NCBI GenBank assembly: GCA_963794025.1
Contig: CAWCCK010000018.1
Coordinates: forward strand, 2,706-66,705
Direction of reading: 5' to 3'
DNA length: 64,000 nt
Source of the DNA: Ignavibacteriota bacterium
Lineage (GTDB): Bacteria; Bacteroidota; Ignavibacteria; Palsa-1295
Below are positions 8,936 through 19,463 of the stretch, piece after piece; within the stretch, counting starts at the first letter, position 1; the number at the start of each line of letters is the position of its first letter. The notes below the pieces were generated by a model, which saw only the letters and a list, made by a program, of their open reading frames with translations, did no database searches and was not told where the DNA came from. A program made the translations under genes and the position numbers.

Positions 8936-10372
8936 GTTCGCGTAAGATTCGCTCCTTCTCCTACCGGTTTCGTACACGTCGGCTCGCTGAGAGGGGCGTT
9001 GTACTGCTATCTCTTTGCCCGGCATCACGGTGGGGTTAACATTCTTCGCATCGAAGATACCGACCGCACCCGATACGTCGAAGGGTCGGTTGAAAATCTG
9101 TTTTCCACGATGGCGTGGGCCGGTATCACATTCGATGAAGGCCCAATGGAAGGTGGAGCGTTCGGCCCGTATGTTCAATCCGAGCGGAAAGAACTTTATT
9201 CGAAGTATGCTGCTGAATTAGTTACCGGCGGTCATGCGTATCCATGCTTTTGTTCTGCGGAACGATTAGATATGGTTCGTAAAGCCCAACAAGCCGCTGG
9301 AATTCCACCGATGTACGACCGGCACTGCCGCAATCTTACAAAAGAGGAAACGGATGCTCGCATTGCTGCCGGTGAGCCGCATGTCATTCGGTTGCGGGTT
9401 CCCATTGGCGAGACAGTTCGATTCCACGATCTGATTCGCGGTGATATTGCGTTCGAAAGCGGTACCATTGACGATCAAGTGCTGATCAAGTCCGATGGTT
9501 TTCCACTCTATCATCTTGCGAACGTTGTGGACGATCATCTGATGCAGATCACGCACGTTATTCGTGGCGAGGAATGGTTATCGTCAACGCCAAAACATGT
9601 TTTGCTCTATGCAGCGTTCGGATGGGAACCACCGAAATTCGCGCATCTTCCATTATTACTGAATGCCGACCGCTCGAAGCTCTCGAAGCGTCAGGGCGAT
9701 GTGGCTGTAGAAGATTATCGCGATAAAGGTTACTTGCCGGATGCGCTCATCAATTTCGTTGCCCTGCTTGGATGGAACCCGAGCGCAACAGAAGAGATAT
9801 TTTCGATGGACGAGCTGATTCGTGGATTCGATCTGGAGCGCGTCAATAAAGGCGGCGCGGTCTTTGGTCGTGAAAAGCTCGATTGGATGAACTCGGAATA
9901 TATTCGAAAGAAATCTCCGGAGGAATTGCTTTCGCTCGTTCGCCCGCTTGCGGAGAATAGAAAATATGTGGTGAGCGATGAATATCTGCTTTTTGTCATT
10001 CGCGTAATGCAGGAGCGCGTCCGCACACTGCCGGATTTTGTCGATTTCGCAAGCTACTTTTTCGTTCCTCCCGATTTTAAGGACATCGACGAGAAATACA
10101 AACAGAAACACTGGAACCCGGAAGCGAAAGCGCGACTCACTGAAATCCTTCCACGTTTCGAAGCGGCGGAAAAATGGGATCACGATACGCTCGAAGCCAT
10201 CGTCCGCACGTTTGCGGAAGAGCAAAGCATCAGCGCAGGCAAGCTGATCCATCCCATTCGCCTTGCGGTAACAGGCCGAGGCAACGGGCCGGGGTTGTTT
10301 GAATTGCTCGCTGTAATAGGCAAGCCAGAATCGCTTAGGCGAATTCGAACTGCTTTGAATTTGCTTGATTGA
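8933..10372 (+). CDS. gltX: Glutamate--tRNA ligase
   Basis: 479 aa with the class I HIGH-region signature RFAPSPTGFVHVGSLRGAL, a KLSKR-type KMSKS motif (KLSKRQGD) and the GluRS-specific tRNA-binding C-terminus. Confidence 0.85.
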   Translation: MVRVRFAPSPTGFVHVGSLRGALYCYLFARHHGGVNILRIEDTDRTRYVEGSVENLFSTMAWAGITFDEGPMEGGAFGPYVQSERKELYSKYAAELVTGGHAYPCFCSAERLDMVRKAQQAAGIPPMYDRHCRNLTKEETDARIAAGEPHVIRLRVPIGETVRFHDLIRGDIAFESGTIDDQVLIKSDGFPLYHLANVVDDHLMQITHVIRGEEWLSSTPKHVLLYAAFGWEPPKFAHLPLLLNADRSKLSKRQGDVAVEDYRDKGYLPDALINFVALLGWNPSATEEIFSMDELIRGFDLERVNKGGAVFGREKLDWMNSEYIRKKSPEELLSLVRPLAENRKYVVSDEYLLFVIRVMQERVRTLPDFVDFASYFFVPPDFKDIDEKYKQKHWNPEAKARLTEILPRFEAAEKWDHDTLEAIVRTFAEEQSISAGKLIHPIRLAVTGRGNGPGLFELLAVIGKPESLRRIRTALNLLD

Positions 10373-10392
10373 ACGCGATCCTAAAAATCAAT

Positions 10393-10427
10393 CCTCGTAA
10401 TCCATCCAAATCCGCGTAATCCAGGTC
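10393..10427 (+). repeat. GCGTAATCCAGGT box, copy 2 (cctcgtaatccatccaaatccgcgtaatccaggtc), between convergent gltX and the OmpA-like gene
   Basis: Read directly. It ends at the stop codon of the minus-strand gene. Confidence 0.6.
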
Positions 10428-12378
10428 ACTTCTTATCTTCCGCATTCTCGATAATAATAAATTCGATACGGCGGTTGGTCTCGCGGCCCTCATCGGTCGA
10501 GTTCGTTGTGATCGGGCGCGTCTGGCCATAACCGCGCGTTTCGAGGCGAGTGGAACTAATCGTGTGCTGCGTAAGCCAATCTCGAACAGCATTTGCGCGA
10601 TTGATCGAAAGCTTCTCATTCGCAGTCGAATCACCCTGGTTATCCGTATGACCCTGAACCGAGATTTTAATTCCCGGATATTTCTGCATCAATCCCAGTA
10701 ACTGATTAAGCGGCGCAAACGAGACCGGCAAAATATCCCACTTGCCTGTTTCGAATTCAATGCGCGGCAGATCGATACGCTGCCCGACTTGATAGGGAAC
10801 TTCTGGGCAGCCGTGATTCGATTTCGGCCCCGGTTCCAGCGGACACGCGTCCTCGCCATCGGGAACTCCATCGCCATCCGTATCGGGGTTGAGCGGGTTC
10901 GTATGATATTTAAATATTTCATCGTAATCCGAAAGCCCATCACCATCGGTATCTTTCAGAAGCGGATTTGTATGATAGACAAAGATCTCATCGTAATCCG
11001 AAATGCCATCGCCATCGGTATCTTTTTTCAGCGGATCGGTGTGGTATTTAAAGATCTCATCATAATCGGAAATGCCATCGCCGTCGGTATCGCGCGAAAG
11101 CGGATCGGTGTGATATTTCAGCACTTCATCGCCATCCGTAAGACCATCGCCATCGGTATCGGCAAGCCGAGGATTCGTATGATATTTATGGACTTCATCG
11201 CCGTCCGATAGCCCATCGCCATCCGTATCAGGGTTGAGCGGATCGGTGCCATAAATGCGCACCTCATCGCCATCAGAAAGCCCATCACCATCCGTATCCG
11301 GATTGTTCGGATCGGTGTGATAGATCATGATCTCTTCGATGTCCGTCAGCCCGTCGCCATCGGAATCGGCAAGTTGATCGAGCACAGCGTCGCCATATTC
11401 GTAAAACCCATCCGTCTTGCCAAACCCCAGCGCATACCGCATCGAAAGATACGCCTCCGGCCTGTGCGGCCCGCGTGAGGAACGTGGGAACGCATGTTCC
11501 AGCCGGAGCAGACCCGTCTCAATATCCAGGTGCTTCAAATTTCTGAGAACTATTCCAAAGTTCACATCGTCGCCGGCGACATCGAGCTGCGCGATCAGAT
11601 TGCGAACCCGGTACCGAACGAGCGCCAGTGGATTAAATCCCGGAATACCCTTATCGGTATAGACATTATACGTGTTAAAAAAATTGAGATAGCGAGAAAT
11701 AGGTCCCGAACCGGAATATTTTCCGTTCCCAAATCCGGCTCCGATGCTCACGCCATTGCGCGTCGAGTAACGCACTTCGCCGCCGGAACCCGGAAGCTCC
11801 GGCCCCATGATCACATCTTCCGCCATATCCTCAGCCGATGCTTCCCGAAGCAGCTTGCCATAATCGCTCGAATCCGGTGGATGACCAAGCCAGTACGTCA
11901 CCAAGAACGAGAGCGAATTCCGATCTGGGTAAATACTTTTATCGCTTTGACCATCGCCCAGATATTCGTTCGCATCTTTCTTTGCAAAAAGATTCTCACC
12001 GCGAATGCTGAGTCCTATCTTCGACGAATCCCCACCAATGACAAACCGGTCGATCTGGAACTGTGGGTTCCAATCGATGAACGGAAGCATATCCGATGGG
12101 AACACATACGAGATCAGCCCAAAGCGGAACTGCCCGTACTCCATCGAAACATACTGATTGAAATTGATCTGCTTATCGGTGACGCCACCTGTCGAGTGCG
12201 TAAAATCATCCCATTGCGAATTCGGCGGCGTCGAAGCACCCCATCCGATGATGACTCGAAAATCGCTGAAGCGCTCGAACGGCGAACGAAGATCCTCAAA
12301 TTGCGCGTGTGCAGAAGCACCGACGCTCAGAACGGCGGCGGTAATAGCAAATCTGGCAAAAATCAGTTTTACGCGCAC
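10426..12378 (-). CDS. OmpA-family outer membrane protein with thrombospondin type-3 (DTDGDGxxDxDE) repeats and a C-terminal OmpA/MotB peptidoglycan-binding domain
   Basis: N-terminal signal peptide, ~9 TSP3 calcium-binding repeats ([12 protein letters not shown]...) and a C-terminal OmpA-like block ([23 protein letters not shown]). Confidence 0.75.
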   Translation of the reverse strand: MRVKLIFARFAITAAVLSVGASAHAQFEDLRSPFERFSDFRVIIGWGASTPPNSQWDDFTHSTGGVTDKQINFNQYVSMEYGQFRFGLISYVFPSDMLPFIDWNPQFQIDRFVIGGDSSKIGLSIRGENLFAKKDANEYLGDGQSDKSIYPDRNSLSFLVTYWLGHPPDSSDYGKLLREASAEDMAEDVIMGPELPGSGGEVRYSTRNGVSIGAGFGNGKYSGSGPISRYLNFFNTYNVYTDKGIPGFNPLALVRYRVRNLIAQLDVAGDDVNFGIVLRNLKHLDIETGLLRLEHAFPRSSRGPHRPEAYLSMRYALGFGKTDGFYEYGDAVLDQLADSDGDGLTDIEEIMIYHTDPNNPDTDGDGLSDGDEVRIYGTDPLNPDTDGDGLSDGDEVHKYHTNPRLADTDGDGLTDGDEVLKYHTDPLSRDTDGDGISDYDEIFKYHTDPLKKDTDGDGISDYDEIFVYHTNPLLKDTDGDGLSDYDEIFKYHTNPLNPDTDGDGVPDGEDACPLEPGPKSNHGCPEVPYQVGQRIDLPRIEFETGKWDILPVSFAPLNQLLGLMQKYPGIKISVQGHTDNQGDSTANEKLSINRANAVRDWLTQHTISSTRLETRGYGQTRPITTNSTDEGRETNRRIEFIIIENAEDKK

Positions 12379-12511
12379 TACGATGAAAACAATGGCACCG
12401 GCACACGTCCGGCAAACTATGGGGGCGTATCCGTAAGAACTTTTCTGCCAAAAAAGTTTCGCTGTATCACGGGAAGCGAGATTCGCCTCAAACCGTTATT
12501 CTTTCAGACAA

Positions 12512-14638
12512 TTATGGTCGAATATATTTTCGCTGAAGTTGGCGTAGTTCTTCACGGGCAGCCTCTGGGTGTTTGAGCAGTTGTCCTGCTATATGAACGA
12601 TGTTGGGAACCGTAAACCCAAACGCCTCCAAGATCTTTTCTCCCGGCGAGGACACACCGAAATGATCGACCGAAAGCGATGCGCCTTGCGGCCCCACCCA
12701 TTTTCCCCATCCGAACGAAGTGGAAAGCTCGATGGAAAGCCTACACGTAACATCCGGCGGTAAAACGAGATCCTTGTAATGTTGCGTCTGCGCTTCAAAG
12801 AATGTACAGCAGGGCATCGAGACCACGCGTGTCATCATCCCTTTTTGCTCCAGTTCGATCTGTGCGGCAAGCGCCAGCGATATTTCCGAGCCGGTGGCAA
12901 TGAGAATGATTTCCGGCGCGCTCATCGCGTCCGATATAATGTATGCGCCTTTTGCAAGTTCCCGCGCAGGCGTGTATTTCTCCTGATCGATAACGGGAAG
13001 TTTTTGCCGCGTTAGCACGATCCCGATCGGGCCGCTCATCTTCATCGCGCATCGCCAGGCTTCCACCGTTTCATTCGCATCGGCAGGACGAATGATCGTA
13101 AAATTCGGCATCGCGCGCAGCGACGCAAGGTGCTCGATCGGCTGGTGCGTGGGACCATCCTCGCCAAGCGCAACGCTATCGTGCGTCCAGACAAAGATGG
13201 AGGGAATGTTCATCAGCGCAGAAAGCCGAACGGAAGGCCGCATGTAATCACTGAAGCAAAAGAAGGTTGAACCCGAAGGCCAGATACCACCATGCGCTGC
13301 CATACCATTGACGATCGCTCCCATTGCGTGCTCACGGATACCGAAATTGATGGTGCGTCCGTGATAGGAACCATGTTTAAGCTGGCTCGGCTCGAAATCA
13401 TCCGACGCTTCTAATTTTGTAAATGTCGATTCGTTAAGGTCGGCGGAACCGCTCATCAGCGTTGGGATTTTTTCTGCGATGCTGTTCATGACCTTGCCAC
13501 CGGTCGTGCGTGTAGCAACCGGGCCATCGGAAGGTTTATACACAGGGAGATTGGCATCCCAGCCATCTGGCAAGGAGTGATTTATTGCATGAAATAACGC
13601 TGCTCCATCGTTAGGATTCTCTTTTTGATATGCGGTAAATTGTTTATCCCACTCTGCACGTAATGTTGCTCCACGCTCGCCGGCTTCGTGAAAAACAGTT
13701 AGCACATCATTGGGAACATAAAAGTCGGGTTCCAACGGCCAGCCGAGATGCTGTTTCGTAAGGACCACTTCGTCTTTCCCCAACGGGTTCCCATGCGCTT
13801 TGCTGGAATCTTGTTTGTTAGGACTCCCATACCCGATATGCGTATGACACACAATGAGCGAGGGTTTATCGATCACCGATTTGGCTACGCGGATCGCGTG
13901 ATCGACAGCATCGAGATCGTTGGGGTCAGCCACATCCAGCACATGCCAGTGATACGCCTCGAAGCGTTTGCTAACATCTTCGGTAAAGGTGATGGCGGTG
14001 GAACCATCTATCGAAATTCCGTTGTCGTCGTAAAACGCAATAAGCTTCCCAAGTTCCAGATGTCCGGCAAGGGAAGCGGCTTCGCTCGTGATACCTTCTT
14101 CCATACACCCATCGCCAAGAATGACGTAGGTGTGATGATCGATAATTTCAGAGCTCCCCCTCCTTTCGAAGGAGGGGGCTGGGGGGTGGTTAAACGTGCT
14201 TGCAAGGAACTGTTCCGCGATCGCCATACCAACGGCGTTCCCAAATCCTTGTCCGAGCGGGCCGGTCGTTACTTCAATTCCTGGTGTGTGCCCACGCTCC
14301 GGATGTCCCGGCGTTTTCGAACCGAACTGACGAAATTGTTTGAGATCGTCGAGCGTCAGATCGTAACCCGTGAGATGCAAGAGCGCATAATGCAGCATCG
14401 AAGCGTGGCCGTTCGAAAGCATGAAGCGGTCGCGGTTGAACCAATGTGTATCCTTTGGATCGAAGCGGAGGTGCCGCGTCCAGAGCACATAGCCGACGGG
14501 CGCAAGGCCCATCGGAGCGCCGGGATGGCCGCTATTAGCCTTCTGAACCGCATCGACGGCTAAAAAGCGAATTGTATTTACGCAAAGTTGATCGAGATCG
14601 TCGGAGGTGATAGAAGAGTGTGAGTGTTCGTGAACCAT
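12512..14638 (-). CDS. tkt: Transketolase; carries an in-frame insertion (NHPPAPSFERRGSS) from the GC-rich palindromic element
   Basis: 708 aa with the ThDP-binding GHPGAPMG, GDGCMEEG and C-terminal transketolase domains. The insertion sits just upstream of the conserved DHHTYVILGDGC block. Confidence 0.85.
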   Translation of the reverse strand: MVHEHSHSSITSDDLDQLCVNTIRFLAVDAVQKANSGHPGAPMGLAPVGYVLWTRHLRFDPKDTHWFNRDRFMLSNGHASMLHYALLHLTGYDLTLDDLKQFRQFGSKTPGHPERGHTPGIEVTTGPLGQGFGNAVGMAIAEQFLASTFNHPPAPSFERRGSSEIIDHHTYVILGDGCMEEGITSEAASLAGHLELGKLIAFYDDNGISIDGSTAITFTEDVSKRFEAYHWHVLDVADPNDLDAVDHAIRVAKSVIDKPSLIVCHTHIGYGSPNKQDSSKAHGNPLGKDEVVLTKQHLGWPLEPDFYVPNDVLTVFHEAGERGATLRAEWDKQFTAYQKENPNDGAALFHAINHSLPDGWDANLPVYKPSDGPVATRTTGGKVMNSIAEKIPTLMSGSADLNESTFTKLEASDDFEPSQLKHGSYHGRTINFGIREHAMGAIVNGMAAHGGIWPSGSTFFCFSDYMRPSVRLSALMNIPSIFVWTHDSVALGEDGPTHQPIEHLASLRAMPNFTIIRPADANETVEAWRCAMKMSGPIGIVLTRQKLPVIDQEKYTPARELAKGAYIISDAMSAPEIILIATGSEISLALAAQIELEQKGMMTRVVSMPCCTFFEAQTQHYKDLVLPPDVTCRLSIELSTSFGWGKWVGPQGASLSVDHFGVSSPGEKILEAFGFTVPNIVHIAGQLLKHPEAAREELRQLQRKYIRP
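14152..14191 (-). mobile_element. In-frame GC-rich palindromic element inside tkt
   Basis: Coding strand reads aaccaccccccagCCCCCTCCtttcgaaaGGAGGGGGagc, a perfect 8-bp stem hairpin with an AACCACCCCCC flank. Confidence 0.6.
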
Positions 14639-14707
14639 GCTACAAAAATACGACGGAAGTTATGATCGATCGCAGTTATTGAAAACAACAGATATGCCAA
14701 AAAGAAT

Positions 14708-16333
14708 TTAAACGCGCGCTAACGCTTCCTCAATGGTTGGCGCAAGATTTTCTTCACCCAGCTCTTTCAGAAATCCACTACCATTGAGCGCGATATAGGG
14801 CTGGGAATGAATTTCCGAGATTATAAAGCGGCCCTTGCCATGGCGGACGCGCTTTCGAATATCGCTGAGCACTTTCATTCCTGTTGCGTCGATGGCAGGG
14901 ACGTTCCGCATGCGCACAATGAGTACCCGTGGAAAATCGCCGACGGAAGCAATGGTTCGCGTAAACGTCTCCGCTGCCCCGAAGAAGAACGGCCCGTTGA
15001 TCTCGTAGATCTGCACACCTTCAGGAATAACAAGCTTGCTCATTTCGGCCGGCATATCGGTGTCCTCCATTTCGCGTGTAATAACACTCACATTTGTGAC
15101 GAGTGCCATTTGGCGCATGAAGAGGAATGCTGCGAGTACCATTCCCACTTCGATCGCAACCGTAAGATCGACCACAACAGTAAGAATAAATGTTGTTAGC
15201 AATACAACAACATCGCTCTTCGGTGCTTTCATGAGCGAGCGAAATGTGCGCCATTCACTCATGTTATATGCTACGATTATAAGGATCGCCGCCAACGCTG
15301 CAAGAGGTATCATCGACGCCAAATGTCCGAACGCAAGCAAAATAAGGAGCAATGTTAGCGCGTGGATGATACCTGCAATTGGCGTACGACCGCCGCTTTT
15401 GATGTTCGTTGCTGTTCGCGCGATGGCTCCCGTCGCGGGAATTCCACCGAATAGCGGTGTCACAATATTAGCAATTCCTTGTGCAACAAGTTCCATATTC
15501 GAGCGATGCTTACCACCGATCATTCCATCCGAGACCACCGCCGATAGCAAGGATTCTACCGCGCCAAGCACCGCAACGGTAAAGATCGAGGGCATGAGCA
15601 TCCGTATCATCGGAAGGCTGATGTGTGGGAACTGCGGTGCAGGAATTGCGCCGGAGATCACCCCGAATCTGCTGCCGATCGTTTCGACGGGTATATTAAA
15701 GAAGTACACGATCGAAGTCATCAAAACCAGCGCAACAAACGGAGATGGAATCTTTTGCGACACGCGCGGCCAATAGATTAGTATCAGGAGCGAGGCCACT
15801 GCAATCCCAATAGACCACGGATTGACATTCATGATATTCTCGCCAAAAGCTGACCACTTCGAAAAGAATTCCGCCGGGACGGCACCCATTTTTAAGCCAA
15901 GAAAGTCCTTAATCTCCGAAGAAAAAATAATAACGGCGATCCCACTCGTAAATCCCGTAATGACCGGAGCAGGAATGAATTTGATAACCGCGCCGAGCTT
16001 TGCAATGCCCATCAGCACAAGTAAAACTCCCGCAAGCATCGTTGTTACGATAAGCCCATCGACACCAAATTTCTCAACAACGCCATAAATGACGACAACG
16101 AATGCCCCTGTCGGCCCTCCGATCTGCACGCGGCTGCCGCCAAGCGCCGAGATGAGAAATCCTGCAATGATCGCGGTGATAATTCCACGCTCCGGAGAGA
16201 CTCCGCTTGCAATCGCGAAGGCGATCGCCAGTGGCAACGCCACCACGCCGACGATAAGCCCAGCCGTGACATCCTTGAAGAATGCTTGACGGTTGTAGCC
16301 CTTAAGAGTGGTGAACAGCTTTGGTACGAACAT
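14708..16333 (-). CDS. SulP family inorganic anion (sulfate/bicarbonate) transporter with C-terminal STAS domain
   Basis: 541 aa with the SulP N-terminal motif (KGYNRQAFFKDVTAGLIVGVVALPLAIAFAIASGV), ~11 TM helices and a STAS-like C-terminus. Confidence 0.75.
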   Translation of the reverse strand: MFVPKLFTTLKGYNRQAFFKDVTAGLIVGVVALPLAIAFAIASGVSPERGIITAIIAGFLISALGGSRVQIGGPTGAFVVVIYGVVEKFGVDGLIVTTMLAGVLLVLMGIAKLGAVIKFIPAPVITGFTSGIAVIIFSSEIKDFLGLKMGAVPAEFFSKWSAFGENIMNVNPWSIGIAVASLLILIYWPRVSQKIPSPFVALVLMTSIVYFFNIPVETIGSRFGVISGAIPAPQFPHISLPMIRMLMPSIFTVAVLGAVESLLSAVVSDGMIGGKHRSNMELVAQGIANIVTPLFGGIPATGAIARTATNIKSGGRTPIAGIIHALTLLLILLAFGHLASMIPLAALAAILIIVAYNMSEWRTFRSLMKAPKSDVVVLLTTFILTVVVDLTVAIEVGMVLAAFLFMRQMALVTNVSVITREMEDTDMPAEMSKLVIPEGVQIYEINGPFFFGAAETFTRTIASVGDFPRVLIVRMRNVPAIDATGMKVLSDIRKRVRHGKGRFIISEIHSQPYIALNGSGFLKELGEENLAPTIEEALARV

Positions 16334-16405
16334 GAGGACGGTCGCTCGCGAAAGTGTGAGAATTATCGGGAACGAGTAGCATCAAAAGATAATTCATTTA
16401 CAATC

Positions 16406-17272
16406 ATGGACATTAACAACTTCCTCGTCAAGCCCGACAGCAATTTTTTGTTAGCGAACATCGATCCGGCGAGCACTCCCGGCATTCGATCGAAAAAGAG
16501 CGCTCAAGAAAAACTCGAGAGCGATATCGAATCGCTCTCGAAGTTGCAGTCGATGCTATACGCCCAGGATAATTATTCGCTGCTCGTCATTTTTCAAGCA
16601 ATGGATACGGCTGGGAAGGATAGTGCGATCAAGCATGTGCTGACAGGAGTAAATCCACAAGGTGTGGAAGTGCATAATTTCCGCGTACCAAGCGCCGAGG
16701 AGTTGGAGCACGATTTTATGTGGCGAGCAATGAACGTCCTCCCCGGACGAGGTCGCATCGGAATATTCAATCGCTCCTGTTATGAAGAAGTGCTGACCGT
16801 TCGCGTGCATCCTAAACTTCTTGCCAATGAAAAGCTCCCAAAATCTGTGCGAAACAAAGACATCTGGAACGAACGCTATGAAGACATCAATGCCATCGAG
16901 AAGTATCTTACGCACAATGGCATTCGCATCGTAAAGTTCCATCTCGCCATTTCAAAAGAGGAACAGCGCAAGCGCCTTCTGGCGCGGATCGACGAACAAG
17001 ATAAAAATTACAAGATCAGCACCGCTGACATTCACGAGCGCACCTTCTGGAACGATTACATGGCAGCGTATGAAGAGATGCTGCGCCATACCAGCACGAT
17101 ATATGCGCCGTGGTACGTTATCCCATCGGATCACAAATGGTACACGCGGATTGCTGTTGCCGATATTCTGGTGAAAACGCTGCAATCGCTTCAACTTGAA
17201 TTCCCAAAAACCACGAAAGAAAAACTGCGCGAAATAGAACGAGCAAAGCGATTGCTTAACTCGGATTTATAA
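16406..17272 (+). CDS. ppk2: Polyphosphate kinase 2 family (polyphosphate:nucleotide phosphotransferase)
   Basis: PPK2 Walker A (MDTAGKDS) and lid motifs. The start is chosen at the internal ATG (MDINNFL) because the track ORF from 16286 would overlap the divergent SulP gene. Confidence 0.75.
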   Translation: MDINNFLVKPDSNFLLANIDPASTPGIRSKKSAQEKLESDIESLSKLQSMLYAQDNYSLLVIFQAMDTAGKDSAIKHVLTGVNPQGVEVHNFRVPSAEELEHDFMWRAMNVLPGRGRIGIFNRSCYEEVLTVRVHPKLLANEKLPKSVRNKDIWNERYEDINAIEKYLTHNGIRIVKFHLAISKEEQRKRLLARIDEQDKNYKISTADIHERTFWNDYMAAYEEMLRHTSTIYAPWYVIPSDHKWYTRIAVADILVKTLQSLQLEFPKTTKEKLREIERAKRLLNSDL

Positions 17273-18184
17273 ATCAGAGTTGCGTTTTAACCCTGCAAGC
17301 TTTGTCCGCTTCACCGGCGATTTCCGGAATCGTCTCGAAAATTCTTCCTGACCCATTTGTTGGATGTCCGTTGGAGTGAAATGCAGATTCTCCTCACGCG
17401 GCGCGAATTCCGCAACATGGGAAGGTTCCGAAAACCGGTTCCAGGGGCACACATCCTGACAAATATCGCAGCCGTAAAGCCAGCCTTCCATCTTTGAGGC
17501 AAATTCAGTGGGAATCTTATGCTGCGGCTTTAGCTCGATGGTGAGATAGGAGATGCAACGCGTCGCGTCTATTTCATACGGTTTGAGCGCATCGGTGGGG
17601 CAGGCATCGAGGCAGCGCGTGCAAGTGCCACACATATCATCGACCGGCGCGTCGGGTTCAAGCTTGATGGTGAGAATGATCTCCGCGAGAAACACCCACG
17701 AACCGAGTTCCCGCGTGATCACATTCGTATGCTTTCCCTGCCAGCCAATACCGGCGCGCTCGGCAATGGTTTTTTCGAGAAGCGGGCCGGTGTCGGTATA
17801 ATAACGTCCCTCGGTTTCGGGCGCGAGCAGTTTTATTTCTGCAAGTAATTTTCGTAGCATCGGTGGAATGACCTCGTGATAATCCGTTCCCCACGCATAA
17901 CGAGAAATTTTCAAATGACCATCCTCCTCATCCTGAAAATCCCGGTAATAATTAAGTGCAAGCGAGAGAATGCTTTTTGCTCCAGGAAGGATATTCCGTA
18001 CATCGCGGCGCTTGTTGTGGTCGTGTTCCATCCATTGCATCACGCCGTGCGCGCCGTTTGCAACCCACGCCTCAAATCTATCCGCTGCTTCGTTGAATGG
18101 ATCGGCGGTCGTAACGCCAGCTTTCGAAAAGCCGATCTCGATCGCTTTTGCTTTAATACGTTGTGTTAATTCGCCGCGTGTCAT
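17267..18184 (-). CDS. queG: tRNA epoxyqueuosine(34) reductase
   Basis: 305 aa with two 4Fe-4S cysteine clusters (CGTCTRCLDACP and CDICQDVCPWN) and QueG-type N-terminal and HEAT-like C-terminal regions. Confidence 0.75.
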   Translation of the reverse strand: MTRGELTQRIKAKAIEIGFSKAGVTTADPFNEAADRFEAWVANGAHGVMQWMEHDHNKRRDVRNILPGAKSILSLALNYYRDFQDEEDGHLKISRYAWGTDYHEVIPPMLRKLLAEIKLLAPETEGRYYTDTGPLLEKTIAERAGIGWQGKHTNVITRELGSWVFLAEIILTIKLEPDAPVDDMCGTCTRCLDACPTDALKPYEIDATRCISYLTIELKPQHKIPTEFASKMEGWLYGCDICQDVCPWNRFSEPSHVAEFAPREENLHFTPTDIQQMGQEEFSRRFRKSPVKRTKLAGLKRNSDL

Positions 18185-18193
18185 CGCAGGTTC

Positions 18194-19450
18194 TTAGTGG
18201 ATGACGGCGATCTTCTGTATTGTCCGCTGATCTCCACTTTCCGCAACAACAAAATAGATTCCCGATGGTAGCGAAGAGAGATCAATCTCAAGATTGCCCG
18301 AGCTATGCTCTGAAAAAACTTCCGCACCAAGCAGATTCAGAATCCGAATAGCAAAAGCGCCTTGCTCGTACTCTATCATAAGCCTATCGCCACTTTGAGC
18401 AATTTGGAACGCGGGCGGCGCGGGAACTTCACTCGCAACGCCGCTTGTCACCTGGAATTCGAGATCGTCGCAGGAAAGCGTATCAACCTGAGCATTGGCG
18501 GCGATCGTGTCGCGGGTTCCCGCGCTAAATACGACGGTTCCTCGCACCGGCAGCGGATGGAGCCTCCCGCCCGCTTTAATATAGTACGTATTCCAGTTCT
18601 CTTCCGAGGTGGTAAGAACGCCGCCGCCGCTATCGACAAAAATTGTTTGTGCATACAGCGTGGGTGGCACAGTATCGATCCCGCCGGATTTCACCCACAC
18701 AAAACTATCGGTGATGCTCGCTACCCCGGTCACGACAGTCGCATACCAGGGGAGCGTAGCATCGCAATCCAGTACGCGAAAATTGAAGAGGATCGTACTT
18801 TCGCAGCCCGCTGCATCCATAGTGGTAAGTAATCCGTCCTTGAGACCCATCGTGGGATAGCTGACCTGCACATTCGTGCCACTTTCCGAGGCCATGCTCG
18901 CATCTTCATTAAAGTTCCAAAAAAACGAATCCGCCGTTGGGAACGCAGAAGCGGTGAACGTTGCGAGCTGTCCGACCATCACCGCAGGGCCGGTAGTGGA
19001 ATCTAATATCCCGATAGGAAGTCGGTTCGTGCCGATAACAAGATAGGCCGATGGAATGGGGTAATTCGATACGCCAATATCCTGCCCATTGTTTGCGGAG
19101 GAATCGAAGGGAGCGATAGAGATCACGCGAACGCGGTAGCTTGGCCCGGAAGCAGCAAGTGGAACCTCGAAAGTTCCCACACTCGCGGAATTAGTTTCCG
19201 TAACAGATGGCGTTTGGAACGAACCGTTAATATCCGAAAGCTCTGCGATGAAAACATTCCCAGTATCGAAGGAGCCGGTTGCAGTGTAGCTTACGGCAAG
19301 CGAGTCACCGATGCAATAGGCGAGCTTGGTAATGGGTGCAAGCGTGATCGTTTGAGCGCGGGCGGCAATGGCGTTCACGCATAAGAGGAGTAGTGTCATT
19401 CGTAGCTTCATCGGCGTTCCTTCAGATAAAGAAGAAACACAAACCGACAA
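18194..19450 (-). CDS. T9SS C-terminal sorting-domain protein (secreted cargo), paralogue A
   Basis: Signal peptide and a C-terminal Por/T9SS CTD (SLPSGIYFVVAESGDQRTIQKIAVIH). The N-terminus is homologous to the next gene (QTITL...AYCIGDSLAVSYTATGSF). Confidence 0.7.
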   Translation of the reverse strand: MSVCVSSLSEGTPMKLRMTLLLLCVNAIAARAQTITLAPITKLAYCIGDSLAVSYTATGSFDTGNVFIAELSDINGSFQTPSVTETNSASVGTFEVPLAASGPSYRVRVISIAPFDSSANNGQDIGVSNYPIPSAYLVIGTNRLPIGILDSTTGPAVMVGQLATFTASAFPTADSFFWNFNEDASMASESGTNVQVSYPTMGLKDGLLTTMDAAGCESTILFNFRVLDCDATLPWYATVVTGVASITDSFVWVKSGGIDTVPPTLYAQTIFVDSGGGVLTTSEENWNTYYIKAGGRLHPLPVRGTVVFSAGTRDTIAANAQVDTLSCDDLEFQVTSGVASEVPAPPAFQIAQSGDRLMIEYEQGAFAIRILNLLGAEVFSEHSSGNLEIDLSSLPSGIYFVVAESGDQRTIQKIAVIH

Positions 19451-19463
19451 AGAAAGTTACAGC

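Noticed and set aside
10800-11350. DNA-level tandem periodicity inside the OmpA-like gene
   Set aside because: This is the coding repeat for thrombospondin type-3 calcium-binding motifs, not a mobile or CRISPR repeat.
10789-12576. ORFs 10789-11211 and 11494-12576 (+) opposite the OmpA/TSP3 gene
   Set aside because: They are the antisense readout of the repetitive TSP3-encoding DNA (IAIGIF... repeats). No independent support.
13748-15776. ORFs 13748-14563 (+) and 15036-15776 (+) opposite tkt and the SulP gene
   Set aside because: Antisense to genes with strong family signatures. No motifs.
16286-16405. Long N-terminal extension of PPK2 (track ORF start 16286)
   Set aside because: It would overlap the divergently transcribed SulP start. 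The conserved PPK2 sequence begins at the internal Met (16406).
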